A stretch of DNA of 64,000 nucleotides from positions 32,001 to 96,000 of the forward strand of contig CAWDRG010000001.1 in assembly GCA_963804645.1 (NCBI GenBank), read 5' to 3'. The stretch comes from an uncultured Bacillota bacterium. GTDB lineage: Bacteria > Sysuimicrobiota > Sysuimicrobiia > Sysuimicrobiales > Segetimicrobiaceae. The position numbers and the translations under genes were made by a program. How positions within the stretch are numbered: the first letter of the stretch is position 1; each line of letters starts with the position of its first letter. This document shows, piece by piece, positions 1 to 9,491 of the stretch. The notes beneath the pieces are model-generated. The model ran no database searches, was not told the DNA's origin, and worked only from the letters and a program-made list of their open reading frames with translations.

Positions 1-1
1 C

Positions 2-1048
2 GAACCGGTCCTGATCGTGGGGGCGGGCGCGGCGACGGCCGAGGCGCGTACCGCGCTCGTCCGCATCGCAGAGGCGACCGGCGCGCGGGTGTACGGTGAG
101 CGGCTGCCCGTGCGGTCGGCGTTCCCCACCGACCATCCTCAATATTTTGGCATGATCGGCCTGTCCCTGACGCAGCTGCGCCGCGAGCTCGGGAACGCGG
201 ACCTGGTGGTGATCGCCGGGGCGCGCAAGTTCGCGGCCCTGCTGTACACGCCGCCCGTGGCCCTCGCGGACGGCACGACCGTCATCCATGTCGACACCGA
301 TCCGTGGGAGATCGGCAAGAACATCCCCACGACGCTCGGGATCCTCGGCGACGCCGGCGCGATCTTTACCGAGATCGGCGCGCGCCTCGCCGAGCGCATG
401 GACGCCCCACAGCGGGCCGCCGCGGCGGCGCGGACGGCGGCGGTGCGCCAGGAACGGACCCGTCGCGCGCAGGAGTGGAAGCAGGCGGCGAGCGTGCCCA
501 AGCCCGGCGAGCGCATGACGATGGCCGCAGCGTACCGTGTGCTCGGGGAGATGGTCGACGACACGGTAACGATCGTCGATGAAGCGATCACCGCCGTGCG
601 CATGATCGACCGGTACGTCCCGTTCCGCAGCGAGCGCTCGTACCTGGGGGTCGCGGCCGGGTCACTTGGGCTGGGCCTGCCGGCGGCGCTCGGCGCCCAG
701 ATGGCGTGGCCCGACCGGCGCATCATCTGCACCGTCGGGGACGGGTCGATCATGTACACCATCCAGGCGCTGTGGACCGCGGCGCACTACCACATTCCGG
801 CGACGATCATGGTCGTCGACAACCGGGCGTACCAGATCCTCAAGGAAGGCATGGCGCAGTACAAAGGGGCGCCGGTGGCGCCGGAGCGCCTCATCGGCAT
901 GGACCTCAACGCCCCGGCGGTGGATCTGCCGGCCGTCGCGCGCGGCTTCGGCGTACAGGCACGGCTCGTCAGCGATCCCGGCGAGCTGCGCGAGGCCCTC
1001 GCCGAACGGAGCCCCGAGCCGCGGCTGCTCGACGTGCTCGTCGAGTAG
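2..1048 (+). CDS. Thiamine pyrophosphate-dependent enzyme, benzoylformate decarboxylase/acetolactate synthase family (5' end outside window)
   Basis: GDGS...VDNRAY TPP-binding motif and GSLGLGLPAALG; frame open from the window edge. Confidence 0.85.
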   Translation, partial: EPVLIVGAGAATAEARTALVRIAEATGARVYGERLPVRSAFPTDHPQYFGMIGLSLTQLRRELGNADLVVIAGARKFAALLYTPPVALADGTTVIHVDTDPWEIGKNIPTTLGILGDAGAIFTEIGARLAERMDAPQRAAAAARTAAVRQERTRRAQEWKQAASVPKPGERMTMAAAYRVLGEMVDDTVTIVDEAITAVRMIDRYVPFRSERSYLGVAAGSLGLGLPAALGAQMAWPDRRIICTVGDGSIMYTIQALWTAAHYHIPATIMVVDNRAYQILKEGMAQYKGAPVAPERLIGMDLNAPAVDLPAVARGFGVQARLVSDPGELREALAERSPEPRLLDVLVE

Positions 1049-1052
1049 CCGG

Positions 1053-1970
1053 CTACGGCACGGTCAGACCCGCGCGCGGCACGAGCCACGGCAGCGGGTT
1101 GACGGGCAGCCCGTTCACGTAGAGACCCCAGTGCAGCCCAGGGCCCGTGACCAACCCCGTCGCGCCGATGCGACCCACCACGGCCCCCTGCGCGATCCGG
1201 TCCCCTTCCCGCACCGCGAACGCCGACAGGTGGAGGTACTCCGTCAGGACCCCCTGCCCGTGGTCGATGACCACCGTGTTGCCGCCGAGCGGCAGCGCTC
1301 TCGCCAGCGCCACGATCCCGGCGCTGGCCGCCGCGACCGGGGCGCCCGCCGGCGCGTCAAAATCCACGCCGGCGTGCCACCACTCGCGCCGGCCGTTGTA
1401 GAAGCTCTGCTCGCCGTAAGGAGAGTCGATCGGCGCGGCGGACGGCCGCGCGAAGGCGCCGGTCCACCACGCCGTCGGCGTGCGCCGGCCGAGGACGGGG
1501 CCCAGCAGTCTCGCCTCGGTCGTGAGGTTCGCGGACGTGACGAGACCGATCGTCTGCGGCGGCAGTGTCAGGCGGCGCACCCCGAAGTGTCCCGAACCGA
1601 GGCGGATCGTCCGGACCACGCGCGTGTCCGCCGATCCCGGCCGCACGATCGCGACGCGCACGGTATGCGCGCCGACTCCCGTGTCCGGATCGGTACCGGC
1701 CAACGCCCGCCACACCCCCTCCGCGACGCTGTACGCGGGCACGGCCGACCCGTCGACGGTCACCGCGACGCGGGCGTCCGGCGGCGCGGCCACGCGTATC
1801 GCCAGCGTATCGCCCTGCACCGGCGCGTCCGGGGACACCTGCAGCGCATCGGCGCCCGTCTGCGACACTGCGGCCCCGGCCGGCGCGCCGGATGCCGCGA
1901 CCGCCACGAGAACCGCGCAGGCGAGGGCGCGCGTGCAGCGGCGCATCGCGCGCCGGTGAGCCTGCCGCAT
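1053..1970 (-). CDS. Secreted M23/LytM-family peptidase-domain protein
   Basis: Signal-peptide-like N-terminus; HAGVDF, GNTVVIDHGQG, YLHL, TGPGLHW; start chosen at ATG 1970 (uncertain). Confidence 0.85.
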   Translation of the reverse strand: MRQAHRRAMRRCTRALACAVLVAVAASGAPAGAAVSQTGADALQVSPDAPVQGDTLAIRVAAPPDARVAVTVDGSAVPAYSVAEGVWRALAGTDPDTGVGAHTVRVAIVRPGSADTRVVRTIRLGSGHFGVRRLTLPPQTIGLVTSANLTTEARLLGPVLGRRTPTAWWTGAFARPSAAPIDSPYGEQSFYNGRREWWHAGVDFDAPAGAPVAAASAGIVALARALPLGGNTVVIDHGQGVLTEYLHLSAFAVREGDRIAQGAVVGRIGATGLVTGPGLHWGLYVNGLPVNPLPWLVPRAGLTVP

Positions 1971-2483
1971 CGGGTCACCTCCCAACGATGGCCGAGCGCG
2001 ACCCGGGCCGCCGCGAGGCGCCGGGTGCGCAAGAGACGCGTTCGGGCCTGGTCGCGCAAGGGCCTCCACGATCGCCGGCCCCGGTGCGCCCGCGCGGCGG
2101 TGGATAGCGGGAATGCCGCCCGCGGCTGGCGCGTATACCTAAATGGATGCGGCCGCCCGCGATGTCGCCGAGGTAGCGGACGCGTCAGGACGGCAGTGAC
2201 CGGATGGAGGGAGAATCGCCGCGGCGTCGAATGCCGCGGTGAAAGGTCGAGGATCGGGGCGCGCCATCCCCGCCGGAGCCGGACGCGGATTGCCGAGTCG
2301 CCGCGTGTGAGCCTGGCCGCGTGCCGTCCTCGGAAAGAGCACACCCGTACTGGATGAGTGCCACGGCGCGGTCGCTTTGTGCCCGCGGCGAATGGCGTGG
2401 GTGTGCGTCTGGACTGCCTGCGCCGCGCGCATCGGGGGCACAACGTCCCCGGTGAAGACCGCGGGCGGGTCGGGAGGTGTCCC

Positions 2484-3542
2484 ATGGTCGTAGCGATGGC
2501 ACGCGAGACGTCCGCGGACGCGATGTACGCGGAGATGAAGGCGCGGCTCGAGCGCGTCGTGCCGGACGTCGAGCTGCGCCAGAAGGCGGTCCTCGCGTGC
2601 GAGATCAACCGCCTCAAGCGCGAGCGGAACGCGGTGATCCTCGGACACAACTACATGGAGCCGGCCCTGTTCCATTCGATCCCCGACTACACCGGCGATT
2701 CGCTGGAGCTGAGCCGCACGGCGGCCGAGACCGATGCGGCCCTCATCGTGTTCTGCGGCGTGCAGTTCATGGCGGAGACGGCGAAGATCCTCAACCCGAC
2801 GAAGACGGTCCTGCTGCCGGCCGCGCGGGCCGGCTGCTCGCTCGCGGCCAGCATCACCGCCGCCGACGTGCGGGCGTTGAAGCAGCGGTTTCCGGGCGTC
2901 CCGGTCGTCACGTACGTCAACACCTACGCCGACGTCAAGGCCGAATCCGACATCTGCTGCACCTCCAGCAACGCCGCGGCGGTCGTGGAGTCCTTGGGCG
3001 TCGACACGGTCATCTTTCTTCCGGACGAGTACCTCGCCAAGAACGTCGCCCGGGAGACCGGCAAGCACGTCATCTTTCCGAGCATCCTCAGCCAGCCGGC
3101 GGCGCCCGCCGGCGTCGACTACCAGCTGATCGGCTGGCACGGCCGGTGCGAGGTGCACGAGCAGTTCCAGGTGGGCGACATTCACGCGATCCGCCAGCAG
3201 TTCCCGGACGTCCTCGTCCTCGCCCATCCCGAGTGCAGCCCGGAGGTGGTGGCGGCCGCCGATTTCTCCGGCAGCACGACCGCGATGATCAAGCACGTGG
3301 AACGGAGCTCCGCGCCCCGCTACCTGCTGCTGACCGAGTGCGCGATGGGAGACAACGTCGCGGCGGCCAACCCCGGGAAGGAAATGCTGCGGCTGTGCAG
3401 CGTCCGGTGCCCGCACATGAACCAGATCACGATGGAGGACACGCTCCGCTCCCTCCAGCGCACCCAGTACGTGATCGACGTCCCCGAGCCGATCCGGGTG
3501 CGGGCGGCGCGCGCCGTCGAGCGCATGCTGGCGGTCGGCTGA
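2484..3542 (+). CDS. nadA: Quinolinate synthase NadA
   Basis: ILGHNY, FCGVQFMAETAK, GCSLA, YVNT, CEVH, HPEC, CPHM; GGAGG SD at 2473-2477. Confidence 0.97.
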   Translation: MVVAMARETSADAMYAEMKARLERVVPDVELRQKAVLACEINRLKRERNAVILGHNYMEPALFHSIPDYTGDSLELSRTAAETDAALIVFCGVQFMAETAKILNPTKTVLLPAARAGCSLAASITAADVRALKQRFPGVPVVTYVNTYADVKAESDICCTSSNAAAVVESLGVDTVIFLPDEYLAKNVARETGKHVIFPSILSQPAAPAGVDYQLIGWHGRCEVHEQFQVGDIHAIRQQFPDVLVLAHPECSPEVVAAADFSGSTTAMIKHVERSSAPRYLLLTECAMGDNVAAANPGKEMLRLCSVRCPHMNQITMEDTLRSLQRTQYVIDVPEPIRVRAARAVERMLAVG

Positions 3543-3580
3543 CCGGACGCCGGAGCGATCAGCCCGCCGACGGGAGCGCG

Positions 3581-4435
3581 ATGCCTGACGCACGCGTCAA
3601 CGGAGTGCGGCTCCACTACGCGGTGACCGGCGAAGGATTCCCGCTGGTGTTCGTCCACGAATTCGCCGGCGACGGCCGCAGCTGGGACCCCCAGGTCCGG
3701 TGCTTCGCCCGGCGCTACCGGGTCGTCACGTACCACGCGCGCGGCTACCCTCCCTCCGACGTGCCCGAGGATCCGGCCGCGTACTCCCAGGACATCGCGG
3801 TGGCCGATCTGCACGGCCTGCTGCGGCATCTTGGGATCGCGCAGGCGCACCTGTGCGGCCTGTCGATGGGCGCATCCACCGTGCTGCACCTCGCCCTCCG
3901 GCATCCGGAGATGGCGCGGGCGCTCGTGGTCGCCGGGTGCGGATCGGGGTCGGACGACCCGGAGGGATTCGCGCGCGACTCCGAGGCGCGGGCGCGGACG
4001 ATCGAGCGCGACGGCATGGAGGCGTTCGCCGCCGAGTACGCGCTGGGGCCGACGCGCCTCCCGTTTCGGCGGAAAGACCCGCAGGGCTGGGGCGAATTTC
4101 GCGACGCCTTCGTGCGGCACTCCGGGCCGGGCAGCGCCCGCACCCTTCGCGGCGTCCAGGCGCGCCGGCCCCCGCTGTACGCGGCCGAGCAGCCGCTCCG
4201 CCGCCTCGCCGTGCCGACGCTGATCGTCAACGGCGACGAGGACGAGCCGTGCCTGGCGCCGGGCCTGTTCCTGAAGCGGCAGATTCCGGGTGCCCGGCTG
4301 CTGGTGCTTCCGGACACCGGACATACCCTCAACCTCGAGGAGCCGGCGGCGTTTAACCGCGCGGTGCTCGACTTTCTGACGCTCGTCGACGCCGGTCGAT
4401 GGCCCGTCCCGGATCCGGCTCGGCAGCCTTCATAG
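3581..4435 (+). CDS. Alpha/beta-fold hydrolase
   Basis: GLSMG nucleophile elbow, GDED, TGH catalytic His; GGGAG SD upstream. Confidence 0.9.
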   Translation: MPDARVNGVRLHYAVTGEGFPLVFVHEFAGDGRSWDPQVRCFARRYRVVTYHARGYPPSDVPEDPAAYSQDIAVADLHGLLRHLGIAQAHLCGLSMGASTVLHLALRHPEMARALVVAGCGSGSDDPEGFARDSEARARTIERDGMEAFAAEYALGPTRLPFRRKDPQGWGEFRDAFVRHSGPGSARTLRGVQARRPPLYAAEQPLRRLAVPTLIVNGDEDEPCLAPGLFLKRQIPGARLLVLPDTGHTLNLEEPAAFNRAVLDFLTLVDAGRWPVPDPARQPS

Positions 4436-4497
4436 CGAACGGGCGGGCGTCCCGAACCGGCCGGCCCGGGACAAACGAGCGGGGTGTCGGTCGCTGG

Positions 4498-4719
4498 TCA
4501 GTCCGTGAGTGCCCCGCCGTTCTCGCGCGGCTCGCTCCGGTCGTGCTCTTTCTCCGTCTTCTTGTCCGCCTTCTTCTCTTTGATTTTCTTCGACATGATG
4601 ATCCGGTCGCTCGTGGTCGCCTCGATCACGTAGCCGTCGGCCGCGTAGTGGTTCAGCGTGCTGGCCACTTCCTGGCCGCGCGACACCTCGATCTCGACGA
4701 AGTGCAACCGGTTCGTCAT
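4498..4719 (-). CDS. Small hypothetical protein (73 aa), DUF4177-like N-terminal pattern with charged tail
   Basis: Host-like codon usage, AGGGGG SD-like site, LNHYAADGY resembles LNxxGxxGW. Confidence 0.6.
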   Translation of the reverse strand: MTNRLHFVEIEVSRGQEVASTLNHYAADGYVIEATTSDRIIMSKKIKEKKADKKTEKEHDRSEPRENGGALTD

Positions 4720-4772
4720 CGCGCCCCCTGCTCGAGCGCCCCGCGGACGCCGCCGTGAAGTAGAATGTTGGC

Positions 4773-4848
4773 TGGTGGCCCCAGGGGAATTCGAATCCCC
4801 GTTTCGGCCTTGAGAGGGCCGCGTCCTAGGCCTCTAGACGATGGGGCC
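4773..4848 (-). tRNA. tRNA-Glu (anticodon CTC)
   Basis: GGCCCCATCGTCTAGAGGCCTAGGAC...CGGCC-CTCTCAA-GGCCG...GGGGATTCGAATTCCCC...ACCA; cloverleaf with encoded CCA. Confidence 0.97.
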
Positions 4849-4870
4849 AGCGCGTGCGGAACCGATACAG

Positions 4871-4899
4871 AGTATACCAACTGGGATCGTACCAGGCAA
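4871..4899 (-). promoter_or_regulatory. Sigma70/sigmaA-type promoter for tRNA-Glu
   Basis: TTGCCT-N17-TATACT with extended -10 TG. Confidence 0.75.
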
Positions 4900-4957
4900 A
4901 CCGACCGTGTCCGGCGTCCGTCCGGCGCGGCACACACCACGCGTGGAGGCGTCGCCG

Positions 4958-5785
4958 ATGCCAGCATCCCTGCAGTCGACGGTCACCCTGAACAATGGGG
5001 TCCCGATGCCGATCCTGGGCCTGGGCGTCTGGCGGCTGGCGCCCGGCGCCGAGACGATTCGGGTGGCGTCCGACGCGCTCGCGCTCGGGTACCGGCTGCT
5101 CGACACCGCAGCCGGCTATGACAACGAGCACGACGTCGGCGTCGCGCTGCGCGGCAGCGGGATCCCCCGCGGCGAGGTGTTCGTGACGACCAAGCTTCTC
5201 ACCGACGATCATGGGTACGACTCGGCGCTGCGCGGATTCGACGCCTCGCTCGGCCGGCTCGGCTTGGAGTACGTCGATCTCTACCTGATCCACTGGCCGC
5301 GCTCCGCCAAGCGCGGGGACAGCTGGCGCGCGATGGAACAGATCCTGGCCAGCGGGCGCGCGCGCGCCATCGGCGTGAGCAACTACGCGGAGCGGCATCT
5401 CACCGAGCTGCTCGAGCACGCCGGCGTGGTGCCCGCGGTGAACCAGGTGGAGTTCTCCGTCTTCCTCTACCAGCGCCGGCTGCTCGAGTTCTGCCGCGCG
5501 CGCGGCATCCAGCTCGAAGCCTACGCGCCGCTCACCAAGGGGCGCCGGCTCGAGGACCCGCGCATCGGCACGATCGCCCAGCGCCACCGGCGCACGATTC
5601 CCCAGGTCATGATCCGGTGGCTGATCGAACACGGCGTGGTCGCGATCCCCAAGACGTCGCGGCGCGAGCGGCTGGTCGAGAACGCGCAGACGGTGGAGTT
5701 CGAGCTGACGCCGGACGAGATGACGGCCCTCGACGCGCTCAACGAAGACTACCGCACCACCACCGATCCCGAGACGATCCCGTAG
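4958..5785 (+). CDS. Aldo/keto reductase (2,5-diketo-D-gluconate reductase-like)
   Basis: DTAAGY, FVTTKL, DLYLIHWP, IGVSNY, IPKT; GGAGG SD. Confidence 0.93.
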   Translation: MPASLQSTVTLNNGVPMPILGLGVWRLAPGAETIRVASDALALGYRLLDTAAGYDNEHDVGVALRGSGIPRGEVFVTTKLLTDDHGYDSALRGFDASLGRLGLEYVDLYLIHWPRSAKRGDSWRAMEQILASGRARAIGVSNYAERHLTELLEHAGVVPAVNQVEFSVFLYQRRLLEFCRARGIQLEAYAPLTKGRRLEDPRIGTIAQRHRRTIPQVMIRWLIEHGVVAIPKTSRRERLVENAQTVEFELTPDEMTALDALNEDYRTTTDPETIP

Positions 5786-5855
5786 GCGCCCGGCCGGCCC
5801 GACCCGCCGCGTCCCGGAGAGGGAGCGCGAGACCGGAGGCGAATGCACACGCGAG

Positions 5856-6923
5856 ATGAGTGAGACGTCCGGGTCACGCACGCGCACGCTCCGCGAGCGC
5901 CTCGCCGGCGACGGCGCGGTCCTGTGCGCGGAGGGCTACCTGTTCGAGCTCGAACGACGGGGCTACCTGCAGGCCGGCGCGTACGTGCCCGAAGTGGTGC
6001 TGGACCACCCCGACGTGGTGGCGCAGCTGCACCGGGAGTTCGTGCGCGCCGGCAGCGACGTCGTCGAGGCGTTCACGTACTACGGCCACCGCGAAAAACT
6101 GCGCCTCATCGGCAAGGAAGATCGGCTCGAAGCCCTGCAGCGGAACGCCCTGGCGATCGCCCGCAGCGTGGCGGCGGAGCGGCACGGCGAACGTCCGCTG
6201 GTCGCCGGGAACATCTCGAACACGACGATCTACGCGCCCGGCGACGCGGCCGTGGCACGCGAGGTCCGCGCGATGTTCGACGAGCAGATCGCCTGGGCGG
6301 CCGAGGCCGGCGTCGACATGGTGATCGCCGAGACGTTCTCCTATCACGGCGAGGCGCTGCTGGCGCTCGAGGCGATCACCCGGGCCGGGCTGCCCGCGGT
6401 GGTCACGCTCGCGGTGCACCTGGAGGGCCTCCGCGACGCGGTGGACATTCGCGAGAGCGCCCGCCAGCTGGAACAGGCCGGCGCCGCGGTGGTCGGGCTC
6501 AACTGCGCCCGGGGCCCCGCGACGATGCTGCCGCTGCTGCGCGCGGTCCGCAAGGCGGTGTCGTGCCCCGTCGCCGGCCTCCCGGTCCCCTACCGGACGA
6601 CGCGGCGGCACGCGACGTTTCAGTCGCTCGAGGACCGGGCCCGCGCGGACCTGCCGGGGGGACGTCCGTTTCCGACGGCGCTGGATCCCTTTACCTGCAA
6701 CCGCTACGAGATGGCGACGTTTGCGCGCGCGGCGTACGACCTCGGTGTGCGCTACCTCGGCGTCTGCTGCGGCGGCGCGCCGCACCATGTGCGCGCGATG
6801 GCGGAGGCGCTGGGCCGCACGCCGGAGGCCAGCCGGTACTCCCCCGACATGTCGAAGCACTACGCGTTTGGGACCGACGCGCGGCTCCGGCAGCACAACC
6901 GCGCGTACACCAGCAAGCTGTGA
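5856..6923 (+). CDS. Homocysteine S-methyltransferase family protein, betaine-homocysteine methyltransferase-like
   Basis: EGYLFELERRGY, HREFVRAG, Zn ligands GLNC and GVCCG, FPTALDP. Confidence 0.9.
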   Translation: MSETSGSRTRTLRERLAGDGAVLCAEGYLFELERRGYLQAGAYVPEVVLDHPDVVAQLHREFVRAGSDVVEAFTYYGHREKLRLIGKEDRLEALQRNALAIARSVAAERHGERPLVAGNISNTTIYAPGDAAVAREVRAMFDEQIAWAAEAGVDMVIAETFSYHGEALLALEAITRAGLPAVVTLAVHLEGLRDAVDIRESARQLEQAGAAVVGLNCARGPATMLPLLRAVRKAVSCPVAGLPVPYRTTRRHATFQSLEDRARADLPGGRPFPTALDPFTCNRYEMATFARAAYDLGVRYLGVCCGGAPHHVRAMAEALGRTPEASRYSPDMSKHYAFGTDARLRQHNRAYTSKL

Positions 6924-6960
6924 CGCTCCGCGCACGCCGCCGCACGCAAGGAGACCCGCC

Positions 6961-8290
6961 GTGGCGCTCCCGACCCACACGCGCTACCTGATCATCGGCG
7001 CCGGCGTCCACGGCCTCAGCACCGGCTACCACCTGGCACGGGAGCTTCGCGCGCGGGGCAAAGGGAGCGGCGCCGACATCCTGATCGTGGACAAGACCGA
7101 CGTCGCCGCCGGCGCCTCCGGGATCGCCTGCGGCGTCATCCGCAACAACTACTTCCAGCCCGCGATGCGGGCGCTCATGGCCCACAGCGTGTCCGTCTGG
7201 GAGAGCGACCCGGAGGCGCTGAGCTATCACCCCGTCGGCTACATGCAGATCAGCCCGGAGGTGATGCACGAAGGCGTCGCATCGATCCACGCGCAGCAGC
7301 GCGCGATCGGCTACCCGTCGGTGTTCATCGAAGGCGCCGCCGACTGCCTGGCCTACATGCGCGGCATCCTCCACGACTGGCAGGCGAAGGGCATCACCTC
7401 CGTGCTGCACGAGCAGAAAGGCGGGTACGCGAACAACAAGGCGGCGATGGCCGGCCTCGCGCGAAAAGCGCGGGCCGAAGGGGTCCGCATCGAGCCGGGC
7501 GTGCGGGTCCGGGAACTGCGGCTCTCCGGCGGAGCGGTGACCGCAGCGGAGACCGACCGCGGCAGCGTGTCCGCGGACCACGTGGTGGTCGGAGTCGGCC
7601 CGTGGATCCGCTCGCTGTGGGCTATGCTCGACCTCCCGATGGCGATCACCGTCCTGCATGAGGGCGTGCGCGCACCACGACGTCAAGATGTGGCGCTACA
7701 TGTGCCTGCAGGAGGGCACCCTCGGGGTGGACCCGACGCTGCAGCAGACCAACGACGGCCGGATGCCGCCCGTGATTCACGTCGACACCGACGCGCCGCT
7801 GCACGGCGATCCCGACGGCGCGCTGATCACCGACCAACTCTGGGGCATCTACTACAAGCCGGACTTCCTGTTCAACGGGGTCCAGGGCGGCGCCGCGCCG
7901 TATCTCGTGGACCACGACGAGGTCCGCATCGACCCCTACGGCCCGGCCTCCCCCGAGTTCGTCGTCGGCGAGGAGTTCGTCCGCATGTACTGCTCCGGGC
8001 TGGCGTTCTGCCAGAAGCGGTTCGAGGGGCAGTCCCACCTGTACCGGCGCGAGCCGTCCGGGGGCCTCGGCGCCTTCACGCCGGACAACTTCCCGGTGTT
8101 CGACGTCTTCCGCCAGAATTGCTACGTGATCGCGGATTCCAACCACGGGTACAAGATGATCGGGGTCGGCGCGCTAGTCGCCAAGGAGCTCTTGGGCGAG
8201 CCGAGCGCGATCCTCCGGCCGTTTCGGTTCTCGCGCTACGCCGAGGGGGCGCTCCACCCGGTCTCCGCCAGCCCGTTTCCCTGGAGCTGA
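6961..8290 (+). pseudogene. FAD-dependent oxidoreductase (DAO/sarcosine oxidase beta-like) split by one frameshift near 7668-7675; real lesion or assembly error
   Basis: GTG start after AAGGAG; IIGAGVHG Rossmann motif in the first frame; the protein continues in the +1 frame as HHDVKMW...TPDNFP...DSNHGYK to 8290. Confidence 0.8.
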
Positions 8291-8309
8291 CGCGCGGCGG
8301 CCGCGAGGT

Positions 8310-9185
8310 TCAGCGATCCGTCAGAAATCCGTGCCACATCGTGGACGAGTCTTCGAACTCCCCGATCATCCGACCGGCACTGGTCACCCCGCACCCGAGC
8401 GTCCCGATGGAGGCCGGCATCGAGAACGTGGTCACGACCCCGAGCCGCGTGCGGGAGAACGCGTGCCATTCGCTGCCGGTATCCAAGTACGCGCCGACGA
8501 TGTCCCCGCGGTTGTTGATGGCCGCGGCGTCGGTATGCGGCTGGCGGTCCACGTCGATCGTCGTCAGCCGGCCGGAGCGCGTCCGCACGTAGCCGTGGTC
8601 GACGTAGTTGGTGTCCACGAAGCTGCCCACGATGTCGCCGCCGTCGTTCATGCCCGCGGCGGTGGTGATCAACGCGCGGGGCACGTCCAGCGTCGTCACC
8701 GCCCCGTCCGGGGTCCGCGCGAACCCGTGGGTCTTGCCCGCCGCGTCCACGAAGTAGCCGACGATCTCGCCGGCCTTGTTGATGCCGAACGCGCGCGTGT
8801 CTGTGGCGCCCGCCACATCGATCGTCACGAAGGTCCCGTCGGGATTGCGCAGATAGCCGTGGGTGTGCTTGGCAGCGTCGACGAAGTGGCCGACGATCAC
8901 CCCGGCCGGGTTAACGCCGTGCGCGTACGTCGCGGCCGCCTCGGGCGCGTCAAACGTGGTCACCGTCCCGCCGACGCCCATCCGGGAAAATCCGTGCCAG
9001 CGGTTGTCCGGCGCCTGATAGTACCCTACGATCTCGCCGGCGTCGTTGATCCCGAACGCGTAGGTCCCGACCGCACCCGGCACGTCGATCAGGGAGGCGC
9101 CCGCGTACTGCGCGAGGCCCGCATGTGCGGCGCCCAGCACGAGCCCGGCGCTCACCACCAAGAGCCACAAGACGGTCGGGCGCAT
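8310..9185 (-). CDS. Secreted repeat protein, HAF-type extracellular beta-propeller
   Basis: Signal peptide followed by about six ~43-aa repeats of A.GIN..G.IVG.....HG[FY]. Confidence 0.85.
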   Translation of the reverse strand: MRPTVLWLLVVSAGLVLGAAHAGLAQYAGASLIDVPGAVGTYAFGINDAGEIVGYYQAPDNRWHGFSRMGVGGTVTTFDAPEAAATYAHGVNPAGVIVGHFVDAAKHTHGYLRNPDGTFVTIDVAGATDTRAFGINKAGEIVGYFVDAAGKTHGFARTPDGAVTTLDVPRALITTAAGMNDGGDIVGSFVDTNYVDHGYVRTRSGRLTTIDVDRQPHTDAAAINNRGDIVGAYLDTGSEWHAFSRTRLGVVTTFSMPASIGTLGCGVTSAGRMIGEFEDSSTMWHGFLTDR

Positions 9186-9387
9186 CCGGCACTCCGATCC
9201 GGAGCCGCGCCCGGCGCACAGCGTCGACGGCGCGCAGCCCCTCTCTCAGGATACGGGGTGCGTGGTGCCGATCCTGCCCGACCGACGGGCTCAACAGAGC
9301 CAGGATGCCGCGCACTGTCGTGCCGCCGATGCCCGGCACTGTAAGGGCTAACACGACACCGCGCGTCCGCGCGCTCACGCCGTAGGT

Positions 9388-9403
9388 TCTATCTAAAGAT
9401 AGA
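9388..9403. promoter_or_regulatory. Perfect AT-rich palindrome, putative operator between divergent genes
   Basis: TCTATCT-AA-AGATAGA. Confidence 0.55.
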
Positions 9404-9491
9404 TGATCGCCCCGCGCCGTATCGCTACACTGTCCCGCGACGGGACGGGCGCTCCACACTGCATGACGAGCACACTTCGACGAGGTGACCA

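Noticed and set aside
2170..2216. Fragments resembling SRP RNA, FMN, SAM-I or lysine riboswitches (GAGGTAGCGG, CCGGATGGAGGGAGAA)
   Set aside because: The other conserved elements of each family are missing, so the region is kept only as an unassigned structured leader
5818..5844. AGGG-N17-GAAT before the BHMT-like gene (also at 2208-2232 before nadA)
   Set aside because: Differs in both -35 sequence and spacing from the seven strict sites, so it is not counted; may be a weaker member
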